DNA of 60,863 nucleotides from a virus (IMGVR_UViG_3300032333_000288:1-60863); one strand, 5' to 3'. Numbered from the stretch's first letter, positions 29,276 through 39,622 are shown. Made by a program: numbers and translations. The notes: a model not told the origin generated them from the sequence alone.

Positions 29276-32200
29276 ATGGCGACCCTGCGCGACCTCGTCC
29301 CCGGACTCGATCAATCACTCGCGGGCCTGGTCCCAGGCTCTGGCCCCTCGCCCGTGCAGCAGGGGCTTCGTGGCCCGGCCACGGCCCTGATCGAGGATGA
29401 GGCGGAAGCCGCAGGCATGGGCCAGCTCCGCCGTGGCTTCACCACCGGGCGGCTCCAGGCAGACGCGAACGCGCTGGCCACTGATGAGTCTGCTGCCCGC
29501 GCTGCGGGCGACACTGCTGCAGCCGACGCACTGCGCCTGCGCATCGGCGGGCTCCAGCAGCGCGCCAAGACCTTCGCCCCCACCGAGCAGGACGTGACCC
29601 AGCTTGACTGGCAACCCGGGCGCATCCTCGATTACGGCCTCGCCACGATGGGGCAGGGCGCGGCGAGCATGACGGACCCGCTGGCCGTCGGCGTTGGTGC
29701 GAACGCTGCAGCCGGCGTGCTCGGCCTCATCCCTCACCCGCTGGCACAGGGCGGCGCGAAAGCGCTGCGTGCCGGCGGCATCCTGGGTGGCGGCTACCTG
29801 AACTACCGCCAGAACAAGGGCGAGTTCTACAACCAGGCAGTCGAAGATCCGACGCTGCTGGCCGGCAGGACCGCGCAGGAGATCGACCGGGCCGGCACGG
29901 GCCACGGCGTTGTGGCCGGCGCTCTGGACACCGCACTGCCGGCCTGGGCGGCGAACCGCATCGTGCCGGGCGGCACGAAGGTGCTGTCAGGGCTGGGCGG
30001 CGGGATGAAGGCCGCGCTCGGCCTGGGCGGCGAGGCAGTGACCGAGACACTGCAGGGCGAGAGCAAGCGCGGCATCCTGGGTCTCCTGAACCCGCAGCGC
30101 GACACCAGCGGCGACGCGGCGGAGCGCTGGAACGACGCCGTGGGTGGCGCCATCGGCGCGGCGCCGATCGTGGGCTTGAGCCACCTGGGCGACAAGGCGA
30201 ACGCCCGCCTGGGCGTGAAGGACGACACCTCCAGCGACGACGTGAGCGGCGGCAAGACGATGCCCGGGGCACCGAAGCGCGAGAAGCTCACCGACTCCCT
30301 GAAGCGCGGCGCGGCGAAGTACACCGACGACGACGCAGCAGAGAAGTGGAACGAGACCCTGCAAGGGCTGCACAACCCCGACCAGGAAGTCGCCACGACC
30401 GAGCAGCACGCTGCCCTGCTGAAGGAGCTGGGCGGGCGCGCGGCAAAGGGCGACACCGTCGCGCAGCAGCACATCGACGCGCTGAACAAGCTCGACCCCG
30501 CGGACAGCGCCACGTGGTACGGCGCACCGCAGCGTGACGCCGCCTACGAGCACATCCTGGGCGACGGCACGGACCACGAGAAGGTCATCGAAGCCTACAA
30601 GGGCCGCAAGCTGAACGCGCAGGGCGGCAGCGACACGGCCCCGGTGCGGCTCGCGGCCAGCATCCTGAGTAGCTCGCTGCCCGAGAACGCCGACCAGGCG
30701 CTGCACGCGGAGGCGAAGGACATCGCCCGCGAGCTGGCCAGCTTCGCCGACGTGGCGGAAGGACGCGGCAAACTGCACGACCCGCTCAAGGCGCAGGGTG
30801 TGGCTCAGCGCATTGCTGACGTGTTCCCCGGCAAGACCGCCGCCGCGCTGGTGGCGAAGGTAGCTACGGCCATCGGCGTCGAGACCACCCCGCTGTTCAA
30901 GCAGCTCCAGCAGAACCTCGCCGGGGCGGCAGACATCGCGAACGTGAAGAAGAGCGGGCGTACCAGCCGCGCCGCCGTGGGCGATCAGCTCGTGGCCCTG
31001 ATCCCCGCGAGCAAGCAGCTAGCCCTGCGCAACGAAGGTATCGACCTGACCAGCCCGGCCTACAAGGCAGCGCTGGTGGACTACGTCGAGCAGCTCGGCA
31101 AGGCGATCAGCTACGGCGCCACGGACAACAAGGGTGAGCCTATCGCCGTGTCCCCGTCGGCCTACGCGAAGCTGACAGCGAAGGTCGGCAGTGAGGCCGC
31201 GGTAGCGATGCTGGACATGGTGTCGCCCGGCAAGATCATCGAGAAGGAGTCGGACGCACCGAAAGAGAACGGCGGCGGGACGACCGGGCCGGCGAAGGAG
31301 AGCGACCGCGAAGGCGAGAAGCGCAGCGGTGGCTTGGGCGACGACCTGGAGATGGACGACTTCGACATCGACGCCGCGAAGAAGAGCATGGAGCGGGCGC
31401 CGGGGGCGAAGCTGTACCTGACGAAGGGCAAGCGCGGGATCGCCACTGCCGGCGACACCGAGGGTGCGCACCCGTTTGTCCGGGACAAGAAGACCGGCAA
31501 CTTGCCGAAGCTCTCACTCGCTGACGACACGGACACGAAGTCCGGCTTCAACACGCTCGAAGCAATGGAAGAGCGCGCGTACGAGATGCTGACCGGCAAG
31601 CCGTGGGAGCCACTGCCAGGCGACGATCTGAAGGACATGGAGACCTACTGGACCTCCATGCAGAAGACAGTAGAAGAGGGCGGCACGAAGGTGACACGCC
31701 GCACGACGCAGGAGCTGTCGCCCGGCCAGTACATCAAGAACGACGACCCGAAGGCTCAGCCCGTGCTCGGCATCGGCAGCTTCCGCATCCGCCGCATCTC
31801 GGCGAAGGACGTGATGGACGACCGCGGCGTGGCCGCTGGCCGGCGCACGACGCTGCTGCGGCAGTATCTGGCGCAGGACGGTGTACTCGGCGAGGACGAC
31901 CGGACCCTGACGCAGCTCGCCACGCTCAGCCGCAAGATTCGCGAGCTGACCGATGAGGCTCAGCCGCAGCCCGTGAAGCGCAACCCCCAAGCCGTGCCCC
32001 TGGCCGGTCAGGGCGTAGCCGAACTCGAAGAGCTGAAAGCCCAGCGCACCGAGGTGATCGCCAAGCTCGCCAAGAAGATCGGCGTCGAGGCGAAGGACGA
32101 CGCCACCGTCGAAGACCTGGCGAACGCCTACTTCGGCCAGCGCTTCCTGATCACCGCCGAGCAGATGGCCGAGAAGGACCAGCTCCGCCTGAACCAGGCG

Positions 32201-35200
32201 GAGGTGCTGGCGATGATCCGCAAGGGCAACCAGTACATCAACAAGAGCACGGACCCGACGCTCGGCCCCTCGCCCGTCGAGGTGCAGGCGGACATGAACC
32301 TGATCCGCTTCCGCTCGAAGTCCGCGATCACGAAGAGCGACGAGAAGCGCGGCATCGCCGTGATCCCTGCCAGCGAGCTGGTGGCCTGGGTCTTCGCCAA
32401 CCGCAACGACTACAAGGGCGTTGAGGGCGGAAAAGAGAGTGCGTTGGAGTACCGCAACGCGCTGATGGAAGGCATCGGCGCGCTGGCCGAGGGCGGCTAC
32501 ATGGACGCGCTGCCGTTCATGATCAACGCCGAAGGCAACATCGAGCGCTTCGGCTCGAAGAAGCATGGCGGGTTCCCGCCATCGCTGAAGCTGGGCGGCA
32601 TGCGGCAGGCGGACCTGAACGAGGGCTCGAAGCGCATCGTCGCGGCGATTGTCGCCACGGACAAGGCGGAAAAGGAGATCCTCGACAAGATGACGCCGAA
32701 GCAGCGCGCCAAGTACGAGGCGGCTGCTGAGAAGAAGCGGAACGACGAGGTCGCCCGAGACCAGGAGAAGACTGAGAAGGTCAAGAACACGGACCCGGAT
32801 GAGCTGGTGAGCGAAGGGCGCGAGCACAACCCGAAGACCGCTGCGCGCCCAGTCGCTCAGCGCTCGCTCGATCTCGTGCCACCGTCTAAGGGCGAAGCCG
32901 GGCCTCACCCTGTCCTCATGTCCACGCCGGCCAAGGAAGCCCCGCCTGCACGGTACTGGGACGCGCCTGCGGCAGAGCCGACGGAGCCGGCGGCGTTCAC
33001 GAACCCTGAGTTCGACAACCCGCTGGGCACGCCCGACCGGCGGTTCGTGGGCGGCACCCAGATCCAGGGCGATCTGCCGGGCATGCCCGAAGCGCCCGGC
33101 CCGAACACCGGGGTCGAGCGCCCCTACACCACAGCCGTCGGCGTGTCCCGGCCCAGCCAGAAGGTGGACGAGAAGCGCTCAGGGCGCTTCCCCGTCGCCC
33201 CCGAGACCGTCGAGACCCGCCGCGACAACGTCGAGCGCACCCAGCTCGACTGGGACCTCAAGGCCCAGGACGGCGGGGTGCCGACGGACTTCACAGCCGC
33301 CCAGATGGCGAAGGCCGTCGCTGACGCGGCGCTGACAGAAGGCGAGACCCGCCCACTGACCCCGACGAACGCCACGGCCCGCGCGCCGGCCCTGGCGCGG
33401 GAGATCCTGTGGCAGCTCGACAGCTTCGACGGCCTGTTTGAGGGCAAGCGGGTGACGAGCGACGTGCCTGCCGACCCGCAGGGCGCCTTCCAGCGCATCC
33501 AGCGCCTCGTGGCGGCACTTTCTCGACCCGTCAGCACCACAGGTAGCCGCCCGGCCGGCGGGAGGCACTACGCGGCTCCCTTGGCCCTGATCCTGACTCC
33601 GGCGAACGTGAAGGTCCTGATCAGCAAGGCGCAGAACAAGGCCGCTGCCGGCCCGCGCCTGGAGCGCATGCGCGACAAGGTAGCACGAGCGCTGCTGCTG
33701 GCAGACGACAACGACCTGTCCCTGGCTGGGCGGGTGGTGGCTGCGCGGGCACTGCTGGGCAACGACGCCCTGACCAGCGCGACGATGAAGGCCCCGCTGA
33801 AGGTCATGGCTGACCGGGAAGAGAAGCGGCAGGCGGACGCGGCGGCGGACCAGCACCTCGAAGAGGTGGCGCGGAAAGCGAAGATTGCTGCGGTGCAGCA
33901 GAAGCGTTCAGCGAAGCCCATGCAGGCGAAGACTGAGGCGCCCGCAGAGGTCGACCTGTTCGGCCCTACGCCCAACGGGCGCCGCGCGCTGAAGACCGCG
34001 AGCATAGACACGCTGCTGAACGCCCGGGAGAAGGCCGTCAACCAGTTGCGCTACGACGACGCAGGCGTTGAGTACAACCCGGAACTCGATACGGATGCCG
34101 CAGTCATCCTTGCAACGCGCGTGGAAGCGCCGCCGGATGACGAGTTTTCGGCCGGGGTACTGCGAGCTATCGACGCTATCGACCACGAGATCAAGCGGCG
34201 TCGCGGCGAGGTGGGGACGCAGGCGAAGACCGAGCCGGCCAAGGTCAAGCTCAACGGCACGAGCGCCTACGTCGCCAAGGATCAAGCCAAGGCGGACAAG
34301 GCCAACAAGTTCATTGGGCGCGGCTCGGAGAGCAGCAGCACGGCCCAGTACGCCAAGGACTTCGGCCCCGCTGCCAACACCGGGACCTACGTCAGCACCG
34401 ACCGCGTGTTCGTGTCCGCTGAGGGCAAGCGCGAAGGGCGCGTGAACCCTGACCGCGCGGAGCTGGACAAGGCGGTGGCCGCGGGCGTGACGTTCATCAC
34501 CGACGACGCTCCGAACCGCGAGCGCGGCTACAACGTCGGTGAGCGGCAGATCGCGAAGTACCTGACCGAGAACGGCTACGCCGAGACGGCGCCGGGCGAG
34601 TGGATGAAGACTGAGGCCCCCGCCCAGACTCAGCGCTCCGTCCGCGACATGCCGATGAACTACAAGGACGGCACGAACGGCATGCGCATGCGCCCAGCGC
34701 TGGTCGGCAAGTCCACAATGGACCTGATCCGTGAGGGTGTCCGCACGGCCACGACCGGCGCGCTGGAGCGCTTCCGCGGTCTGAAGGTGGGCGACGTGTT
34801 CACGGTCGTGGGTGCAGACGACGAGCGCATCCAGGTGCGCATGACCCAGAACCCGCGCCCGGTGTCTGAGCTGACGCCGAGCGAGTGGGCCACGCCCGAG
34901 GGCTGGGCGACGGTGAACTACGCGAAGTACAAGGATGCATGGCAGATCAAGTACGAGCTGGTGAATAAGCCGGTTGCGACAGAGGCCCCGGCCCCCAAGC
35001 TCAACGCCATGCGCGGCCCGGCCCGGCCCACTCGCAAACTCAACGCCATGTCCGCGCGCATCCACAGCGAGCTGGGCCGGGCAGGATTCCCCGCCACGCA
35101 CGACTCGCCGATCCGGCACGAAGGTCGGTTCGACTGGCGCGAGCACGCCATGAAGGGCGAGGGCGCCATGGTCAAGGGCGCCGGCACGTACCTCAGCACT

Positions 35201-38200
35201 TCTGAGAGCGTGAACAAATACTACAAGGGGATGTTCACGGCGAAAGTCGAACCCGAATACGACTACGTGGCGGCTGACCGCATCAATACTCAGTTCATCA
35301 AAGCCGTCGGCGCGCGGACTGAAGTCAGCAGCGACGCCGCGAAGATCGCCGTCGGCAAGGGCAAAGAAGAAGCCGTCGCCTTCGTTCAACGGACCCTGGA
35401 CGAGCACCTCAAAGATGGGCCCGAGTCCACGATCTCGCAGGCCGAGTTCGATAAGTGGACAGAGCGCTACGAAAAATTGTTGAGGGCTATCAAAGCCATG
35501 CCGGAAAGCGAGATGCGTCCAAAGCGCATAGACGGGTTCCGAAACGACAAGTCCCCCACCTACGAAGTCTCCGTGAACATCCCGCAGGAGCAGCTCCTGA
35601 ACTGGGACAAGCCGCTGAGCGAGCAGAGCACGAAGATGCAAGAGGTGGCGAAGAAGGTGGCGGGCGAAGGGAAGATCGCAGACCTCTCACTGAAATGGAA
35701 ACAGGACGCCGACGATCTGTACACGGCAACTGACCCCGACACTTTCGCCATCTACACAATCCAGCAAGTCACCCCGAGCAAGTTCATCCTCACCGATGGG
35801 ATCGAAGAGATCGTCGGGATATACAGCTCACTCGAACAAGCGAAGCACGAAGCCGAGAAAGTGACGTTCGCCGGGCCTGACTCCGACAGGAAGATACTCA
35901 ACTACAGGGGCGAAGACTTCTACCGCGCGCTCTCGGACCACTTCGCTCCGGGCGACCGCGACACGGGCGACCGGCAGGCCAGCGACTACCTCCAAGCCGC
36001 TGGCATCCTGGGCCACCGCATGAAGGCCAGCGCCAAGGACGGCACGCAGAATCCAAACTACGTCATCTACGACGACAGCAAAATCACGACGAACTACGTT
36101 CACTTCAACGCCGAGACCGCGACCAAGGTCTCGTCGGACGCCGAAGTGGCCGAAGCCCTTGCCATGCTGAAGAAGACCCTCGGCCCGAAGATCATGGTCG
36201 AGGTCAGCAAGGACTTCCCGAATGCGGGCGAGTACCTCGAAGCTGAGCGGCTCATCAAGTTGTCCACGGTCATCGGCCCAGGCGTGCTCTCCGTGGCGTA
36301 TCACGAGGCACTGCACGACGCCTGGGCCAACGTGCTGAAGAACCACCCCGGCGCACGTGAGGCGCTGAGCAAGGTGATGTCGAGCCCTACCATGCTGGCC
36401 CGTCTTCAGGACAAGCTGGCGAACGAACCCGATGCCCTGGCGGCTATCGCCGACGGTGCGCCGCACGCAGCCGAAGAGCGCGTCGCCTACGCCTACCAGT
36501 TCTGGGCCGCGGGCGAGCTGGACGTGGACAAGCCGGCGACGACTCTGTTCGCAAAATTCCGCAAGATGCTGCGCAAGGTGCTGGGCATGGTGCGCGAGAG
36601 CGAGACCGCGCTCGACATCATGACCGCCCTGCACGACGGCAAGCTGGCTGAGCCCAGCGCTGCCGGGCGCGTGCTCAAGGAGATCATGGCCCGCGAGACC
36701 TGGAACGCGGACGTGAAGCGCAAGTTCGACAAGGTGATCCAGAACAGCTTCGCTGCGATCGCACCGAGCAACGACGTGCTGCGCCGCGAGACCCTCAGCG
36801 GCACGGCCCGGCTGCTGGGCAAGATCATGTTCTCGAACCCGGGCGAAGAGGCTGCGGGCGGCGACCAGGGCTACCTGAACGCACGCAAGCAGAAGATCGC
36901 CCAGTACACGAACTACCTGCACGCAGCCCTGAAGGGGCTGAGCGAGCGCGATCTGGCCGAGGTGGCGAAGCAGCTCCAGCTCAAGACACCTCTGGAGCAG
37001 ATCACCTACGCCCCAGTGCGCGACGCCGTCAAGGGTGTGCGTGCGCTGACGAAGCGGTACTACGAGTACGCCACCCAGAAGTCGCCGCACGGTGAGCCGG
37101 TGCTGAAGCTGGAGTTCCTCGGCGAAGACCACTACCCGCGCGTGTGGGACTTGCGCAAGCTCGTCGACGACGGTGACGGGCAGGCGAAGTTCATCGCCAT
37201 GCTGCTGCAGCCGAAGTACAAGAAGCCCATGGCCGCTGCGATGGCGATGGCGAACGCAGGCCGCAAGGTCATGACCCCCGTAGAGGTGGGCATGGCGATG
37301 GTGCGGGGGGAGAAGATCAACGCCGCATACACCGCCGAGCAGATTGCCCTGAAGATGTACGAGCGCCTCGTCGAGAAGAACGGCGTGGACGACATGTCCG
37401 CGGACAGCGACCGCATGGACGACGAGCTGCTCGACCCGTTCTTCGCCAGCCAGAAGGAGCGCAGCTTCAAGTGGCTGGACGACGCGGATGTGGAGCCGTT
37501 CCTGGACAAGGACGTTGTCTCGGCGATGACCCGCTACCTACACCAAGGCATCCGCGCTGTGGAGTTCAGCCGGCGCTTCGGCGAGCGCGGCAAGTTCCTG
37601 CGCCCGCTGCTGGTTATGAAGGGCGACCCGGTGTTCAACTCCGAGACCGGCAAGGTCGAACCGGCGGAGACCCACGGGCGCATCGCCAGCGAGATGTACG
37701 AGAGCCTGAAGAAGGCCGGCACGAAGGGCAAGGAGGCGGACCTGATCGTCGCCCGGCACATGGACGACGTGCGCAAGGCAGTCGCCGCGCATGAAGGCTC
37801 TCTAGGCCACACGATCAGCCCGACATGGCGCAAGTTCAGCAGCGCGGCGATGGCCTACCAGAACCTGCGCCTGCTGCCGCTGAGCCTGTTCGCTGCGTTC
37901 GGCGACACGATCGGCATCGCAGCACGTTTCGGCGAAGGTGGCGGGAAGCTGGCTTTCCAGGCGTTCACGCAGGGCCTGCGTGACGTGTACGCCCGCTGGA
38001 AGGACGCCGCCAGCGACATGCCGGCTGAGCGCCAGAAGACGGTCTGGGAGAACATCGCCGAGATGGTCGGCGCGGTGGACAGCCACATGCTCCTGGAACA
38101 GATGGGCAACGCTGCTGCCAGCGAGTTCACGACGGACTGGGCACGCAAGGCGAACCGTGCGCTGTTCATGGCGAACGGCCTGACCGCCTGGGACCGCAGC

Positions 38201-38929
38201 ATGCGGGTCTCAGCCACGAAGGCGGCGGTGCTCTTCCTTCAGCACCACGCCAGCCTGCCTGACAAGCAGCACAGCGCCCGCTGGCTCAAGGAGCTGGGGC
38301 TCAAGGTCGAGGACATCCCACTGGATGCCGACGGCAAGCTGATCTACGACCGGCACGTGCTGGCCGCGGAGAAGGGCATCTCCCTGGAGGACGCGACGAA
38401 GCAGGCCGAGAAGGTCCACTACGCCATCACCCGCTGGGTCGAGGGCGCGGTGCTGACGCCGACGGCAGGCCAGCGCCCGACCTGGGCGAGCGACCCACAC
38501 TACGCGGTGCTCTTCCACCTGAAGCAGTTCACGTACAGCTTCCACCACACGATCCTGAAGCGGGCGTTCAACGAGGCGGGCCACGGGAACATGGCCCCGA
38601 TCGGCGCGCTGATGATGGCTGTGCCAACGATGGTGGCTGCGGATCTGGTCAAGGGTGTCGTGGTGGGTGGTGGCTCGCTGCCAGCGTACATGCAGCAGTG
38701 GGACCTGGGCGATCACATGATGCACGGGTTCAACCGCGCCGGCCTGGGCGGCATCGGCCAGTTCGGCATCGACGGGCTGCGCGATCCGTTCAGTGTGCTG
38801 GGGCCGACGGTGCAGCAAGTATCGGAGTTCATCCTGAACCCGCTGGACATCGGGCACAACCTGCACAATGCAGTGCCGGGGGCTCGGTACATCAAGGGGC
38901 TCCCCGATCTGGCACGCGTGGCTGAGTGA
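29276..38929 (+). CDS. Giant internal virion polyvalent protein (SLOG-like, ASCH-like, ADP-ribosyltransferase-like and zincin peptidase domains)
   Basis: 3217 aa. ART-like THDSP/GEG...GAGTYLS/LLNWDKPLSEQ/NYVIYDD; HEALH...EER zincin motif; STMDLIREGVRTATT ASCH-like motif. Confidence 0.8.
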   Translation: MATLRDLVPGLDQSLAGLVPGSGPSPVQQGLRGPATALIEDEAEAAGMGQLRRGFTTGRLQADANALATDESAARAAGDTAAADALRLRIGGLQQRAKTFAPTEQDVTQLDWQPGRILDYGLATMGQGAASMTDPLAVGVGANAAAGVLGLIPHPLAQGGAKALRAGGILGGGYLNYRQNKGEFYNQAVEDPTLLAGRTAQEIDRAGTGHGVVAGALDTALPAWAANRIVPGGTKVLSGLGGGMKAALGLGGEAVTETLQGESKRGILGLLNPQRDTSGDAAERWNDAVGGAIGAAPIVGLSHLGDKANARLGVKDDTSSDDVSGGKTMPGAPKREKLTDSLKRGAAKYTDDDAAEKWNETLQGLHNPDQEVATTEQHAALLKELGGRAAKGDTVAQQHIDALNKLDPADSATWYGAPQRDAAYEHILGDGTDHEKVIEAYKGRKLNAQGGSDTAPVRLAASILSSSLPENADQALHAEAKDIARELASFADVAEGRGKLHDPLKAQGVAQRIADVFPGKTAAALVAKVATAIGVETTPLFKQLQQNLAGAADIANVKKSGRTSRAAVGDQLVALIPASKQLALRNEGIDLTSPAYKAALVDYVEQLGKAISYGATDNKGEPIAVSPSAYAKLTAKVGSEAAVAMLDMVSPGKIIEKESDAPKENGGGTTGPAKESDREGEKRSGGLGDDLEMDDFDIDAAKKSMERAPGAKLYLTKGKRGIATAGDTEGAHPFVRDKKTGNLPKLSLADDTDTKSGFNTLEAMEERAYEMLTGKPWEPLPGDDLKDMETYWTSMQKTVEEGGTKVTRRTTQELSPGQYIKNDDPKAQPVLGIGSFRIRRISAKDVMDDRGVAAGRRTTLLRQYLAQDGVLGEDDRTLTQLATLSRKIRELTDEAQPQPVKRNPQAVPLAGQGVAELEELKAQRTEVIAKLAKKIGVEAKDDATVEDLANAYFGQRFLITAEQMAEKDQLRLNQAEVLAMIRKGNQYINKSTDPTLGPSPVEVQADMNLIRFRSKSAITKSDEKRGIAVIPASELVAWVFANRNDYKGVEGGKESALEYRNALMEGIGALAEGGYMDALPFMINAEGNIERFGSKKHGGFPPSLKLGGMRQADLNEGSKRIVAAIVATDKAEKEILDKMTPKQRAKYEAAAEKKRNDEVARDQEKTEKVKNTDPDELVSEGREHNPKTAARPVAQRSLDLVPPSKGEAGPHPVLMSTPAKEAPPARYWDAPAAEPTEPAAFTNPEFDNPLGTPDRRFVGGTQIQGDLPGMPEAPGPNTGVERPYTTAVGVSRPSQKVDEKRSGRFPVAPETVETRRDNVERTQLDWDLKAQDGGVPTDFTAAQMAKAVADAALTEGETRPLTPTNATARAPALAREILWQLDSFDGLFEGKRVTSDVPADPQGAFQRIQRLVAALSRPVSTTGSRPAGGRHYAAPLALILTPANVKVLISKAQNKAAAGPRLERMRDKVARALLLADDNDLSLAGRVVAARALLGNDALTSATMKAPLKVMADREEKRQADAAADQHLEEVARKAKIAAVQQKRSAKPMQAKTEAPAEVDLFGPTPNGRRALKTASIDTLLNAREKAVNQLRYDDAGVEYNPELDTDAAVILATRVEAPPDDEFSAGVLRAIDAIDHEIKRRRGEVGTQAKTEPAKVKLNGTSAYVAKDQAKADKANKFIGRGSESSSTAQYAKDFGPAANTGTYVSTDRVFVSAEGKREGRVNPDRAELDKAVAAGVTFITDDAPNRERGYNVGERQIAKYLTENGYAETAPGEWMKTEAPAQTQRSVRDMPMNYKDGTNGMRMRPALVGKSTMDLIREGVRTATTGALERFRGLKVGDVFTVVGADDERIQVRMTQNPRPVSELTPSEWATPEGWATVNYAKYKDAWQIKYELVNKPVATEAPAPKLNAMRGPARPTRKLNAMSARIHSELGRAGFPATHDSPIRHEGRFDWREHAMKGEGAMVKGAGTYLSTSESVNKYYKGMFTAKVEPEYDYVAADRINTQFIKAVGARTEVSSDAAKIAVGKGKEEAVAFVQRTLDEHLKDGPESTISQAEFDKWTERYEKLLRAIKAMPESEMRPKRIDGFRNDKSPTYEVSVNIPQEQLLNWDKPLSEQSTKMQEVAKKVAGEGKIADLSLKWKQDADDLYTATDPDTFAIYTIQQVTPSKFILTDGIEEIVGIYSSLEQAKHEAEKVTFAGPDSDRKILNYRGEDFYRALSDHFAPGDRDTGDRQASDYLQAAGILGHRMKASAKDGTQNPNYVIYDDSKITTNYVHFNAETATKVSSDAEVAEALAMLKKTLGPKIMVEVSKDFPNAGEYLEAERLIKLSTVIGPGVLSVAYHEALHDAWANVLKNHPGAREALSKVMSSPTMLARLQDKLANEPDALAAIADGAPHAAEERVAYAYQFWAAGELDVDKPATTLFAKFRKMLRKVLGMVRESETALDIMTALHDGKLAEPSAAGRVLKEIMARETWNADVKRKFDKVIQNSFAAIAPSNDVLRRETLSGTARLLGKIMFSNPGEEAAGGDQGYLNARKQKIAQYTNYLHAALKGLSERDLAEVAKQLQLKTPLEQITYAPVRDAVKGVRALTKRYYEYATQKSPHGEPVLKLEFLGEDHYPRVWDLRKLVDDGDGQAKFIAMLLQPKYKKPMAAAMAMANAGRKVMTPVEVGMAMVRGEKINAAYTAEQIALKMYERLVEKNGVDDMSADSDRMDDELLDPFFASQKERSFKWLDDADVEPFLDKDVVSAMTRYLHQGIRAVEFSRRFGERGKFLRPLLVMKGDPVFNSETGKVEPAETHGRIASEMYESLKKAGTKGKEADLIVARHMDDVRKAVAAHEGSLGHTISPTWRKFSSAAMAYQNLRLLPLSLFAAFGDTIGIAARFGEGGGKLAFQAFTQGLRDVYARWKDAASDMPAERQKTVWENIAEMVGAVDSHMLLEQMGNAAASEFTTDWARKANRALFMANGLTAWDRSMRVSATKAAVLFLQHHASLPDKQHSARWLKELGLKVEDIPLDADGKLIYDRHVLAAEKGISLEDATKQAEKVHYAITRWVEGAVLTPTAGQRPTWASDPHYAVLFHLKQFTYSFHHTILKRAFNEAGHGNMAPIGALMMAVPTMVAADLVKGVVVGGGSLPAYMQQWDLGDHMMHGFNRAGLGGIGQFGIDGLRDPFSVLGPTVQQVSEFILNPLDIGHNLHNAVPGARYIKGLPDLARVAE

Positions 38930-38973
38930 CCCCTTTCCCCGTGCCCCATTCCCAGTAGTAGAGAGAAAGAGAG

Positions 38974-39000
38974 AAGCCACCGCGAGGTGGCTTTGTTCTT
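38974..39000. terminator. Bidirectional terminator at the convergence of the two arms
   Basis: aagccacc-gcga-ggtggctt with pyrimidine-rich tails on both strands. Confidence 0.75.
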
Positions 39001-39002
39001 GG

Positions 39003-39215
39003 CTATGAAGCGTGTCGGCGTAGAGCCTCTTCGTGTTCTGAGCCCACAGTGAAGCACCAGCAGCCGTCTGGGTAAGGTTCTGTGTGAAGAGGTTCCATGT
39101 GGAAGGCTCGGCCTTCGTCAATCATGGAGAGGGCCACGGCCTTGGCCCACTCGATGGTGGGCACCATCAAGAAGAACTTCCTGATGTTCGAGCTGGGCTG
39201 GATGACGGGGTCCAC
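39003..39215 (-). CDS. Hypothetical protein
   Basis: GGAG RBS, GTG start, last gene of the - arm. Confidence 0.6.
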   Translation of the reverse strand: MDPVIQPSSNIRKFFLMVPTIEWAKAVALSMIDEGRAFHMEPLHTEPYPDGCWCFTVGSEHEEALRRHAS

Positions 39216-39218
39216 GGC

Positions 39219-39356
39219 CTACTCCCTGTGTGCGCGGTCGGCGTCGTCGATCAGGTCAGGCGCCTGGCGCCAACCTGTCCGTTTGCGGTAGAAGAACTTG
39301 TCCCAGACGAACAGGGCAAGAAGGATGATGAGGACGAGAAGGTATTCCACGTTCAC
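39219..39356 (-). CDS. Small membrane protein (45 aa, MNVEYLLVLIILLALFVWDKFFYRKR...)
   Basis: GTGA overlap with the upstream stop; one TM segment followed by basic residues. Confidence 0.6.
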   Translation of the reverse strand: MNVEYLLVLIILLALFVWDKFFYRKRTGWRQAPDLIDDADRAHRE

Positions 39357-39622
39357 TCGATGCTGATGAGGGTTGTTGACCAGGTGGCATCTGTCTCGAT
39401 GCGCACGAAGCGGGTTTTGGGGTTGGTGGGGTCGGCAATGTAGCGGGAGACGATCGGGCCGTGTCTCAGCATGCTCTCGGCGTTTCGGCGCCGCTCACGT
39501 GAGGTGATCAGTCCATGCTCGTTGATCGCGTGCCGGGCCACCAGATCGTAGGGCAACCGCTTCAGCGTCATGCGCGCTTCGGGGGTGAGTTGAAGGGTGC
39601 CCAGGAGAAAGTTGGTCTGCAT
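39353..39622 (-). CDS. Plasmid/phage-type hypothetical protein
   Basis: FLLGTLQLTP...LVARH...IVSRY...STTL pattern. Confidence 0.6.
   Translation of the reverse strand: MQTNFLLGTLQLTPEARMTLKRLPYDLVARHAINEHGLITSRERRRNAESMLRHGPIVSRYIADPTNPKTRFVRIETDATWSTTLISIE

Noticed and set aside
31358-31372. DFDID in the giant protein, matching the catalytic motif of crAss-like virion RNA polymerases
   Set aside because: It lies in an acidic low-complexity linker (GGLGDDLEMDDFDIDAAKK) with no recognisable double-psi-barrel context. No N4/T7-type RNAP motifs were seen either. Structure prediction would settle it.
3376-37132. Long antisense ORFs (e.g. 3376-4887, 6611-7888, 27746-29314, 33908-35641)
   Set aside because: Shadow frames expected from high-GC3 coding on the opposite strand; no motifs or RBS support.
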